From Trichoplax sp. H2 (lineage: Eukaryota), in the NCBI GenBank assembly GCA_003344405.1, contig NOWV01000020.1:620001-684000 (forward strand): a stretch of 64,000 bases of DNA, written 5' to 3'. Position numbers and translations under genes: made by a program. The stretch's first letter is position 1; each line of letters opens with the position of its first letter. Below, piece by piece: positions 62,767 to 64,000 of the stretch. The notes under the pieces were generated by a model. The model searched no databases. It was not told the origin of the DNA and saw nothing but the letters and a program-made list of their open reading frames with translations.

Positions 62767-64000
62767 CTAAAATACATCCATAATAATTCCATGAGCTAAA
62801 GTCTCCCTAGCATTATGGTATTGTGATACTTGCTCAAGTTCTTCAGGAGCGATCAATTGACTTTTTTTAATATCCGTAGCAAAGCGATATATAGTGGAAA
62901 TGACTTCTTTCTTTAGTTTTTTATCATTTAGTGCAGCCTCTGCATTGCTATCTCCTAATGCAACCAATAATGGTAAATAACCGATCAAGAATGCTGCCAA
63001 AGGCTTGGCTAGGGATGTTAATCGTTGCAATTGACCAAAAGACATTATGGCTGCAAATGTAAAAATAACAATACACAGCATGCGGATAAATCATATAAAA
63101 GTTCTCCTAGATGATCCTAGATGCTGAGCACAAACTTCCTTATATACAGCTAAGGGAACATAAGCTGCACCATGATGGTCTTCGAAAAATAATGTCTTAA
63201 TTTTTTGCAATGGTGTAAATGTTTGATCTAATGATGTTTCCTCGTCATCATAAAGTGGCTGTTTGGGTATATCGATAGGATCGATACGAGAGTTTTTCAT
63301 TTTTAATGGTGGCAAAGTATACTTTCGATGCTTTCTTCTTGTTTCCGGTTTATTTTGTTGTTGGTCATCGACAACAGCTTTGCCCAAGATTTCACGTTGC
63401 TTATCCAACGAAAACTGACTCTCACGGTTAGATTCTAATTTTTCACATATTTCAAATGCTAATTTTTTCAATTTTTGCTTTCTAACATAGCGATCAGATA
63501 TCACCGAGAATAAATAGTATATAATGATCACGATAAATATAAGATAGGGTGTACTGACATCAGCGTTAACAATTATTCCTACTACAGTAAATGCAAAAGT
63601 ATAAAGAATGAGATAGGCCGACACTGCAAGCAGACCGATTAAAATGATATAAAAATACAGGGAGCAAATGAAAAAGATGATGATCAATAAAATATTGCAC
63701 AAACCAGTGATTTTACGCGATAATATTTTATGTACCCCAGCTATGGAAGTTAAAAAGCAATAAACAAGGGGTATTGGCATCAATAAGAAAACAACAAAAA
63801 CAGGTAGACATAATATTAAAACTACTACTGGGAGTAGACCGGTTGCCAACGTAAAGCCGATACAGCTAAATAATTGTTCATACATATTAACCGATTGCAA
63901 CATTTGCTTTTTAGCAGCTGTCCAATATTGAATTGGTGTATCCCACACCCAAATTCGATAATTACTCCAATAAGTTGAACTGAAAAGTAAGCTACGATTT
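62767..64000 (-). CDS. 3' part of an uncharacterised multipass membrane protein gene; one in-frame TGA at 63091-63093 (possible pseudogene or sequence error)
   Basis: ORFs 63091-63948 and 62767-63081 are in the same frame and separated by a single TGA; several long hydrophobic segments; the frame stays open to the window end. Confidence 0.7.

Noticed and set aside
1..64000. tRNA, rRNA or snRNA genes
   Set aside because: None recognised by eye; small ncRNAs such as snoRNAs cannot be excluded without a covariance-model search.

Overview
AT-rich eukaryotic genomic DNA with many short GT-AG introns and two 20-N scaffold gaps. It is not prokaryotic. Gene content and style suggest an early-branching animal, most consistent with a placozoan such as Trichoplax (inference). 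Genes, in order: a rhodopsin-class GPCR (+), Crk SH2-SH3-SH3 adaptor (+), p47/NSFL1C (+), mTERF (-), PHAX (+), two head-to-head GXYLT-type xylosyltransferases flanking a palindrome-rich tandem array, an intronless ~1450-aa sacsin/NO VEIN-type GHKL ATPase with C-terminal DUF3883 (+), ZCCHC7/Air-like zinc-knuckle protein (-), a ~24-exon DUF4062-STAND NTPase-TPR protein (+), and the 3' part of a multipass membrane gene interrupted by an in-frame TGA (-). Most interesting: (1) the GHKL-DUF3883 gene looks like a prokaryotic-defence-type module integrated in the host genome, with an intact ATPase but both catalytic Glu positions of the nuclease apparently lost; (2) a hidden frame-preserving cassette exon in p47 encodes an acidic dileucine motif plus a hydrophobic segment; (3) two tiny MITE-like elements share TIRs and have 7-bp TSD-like flanks; (4) one GXYLT paralog carries several active-site-motif substitutions. 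All exon models were assembled by eye and all homology calls rest on remembered family motifs; no searches were run.
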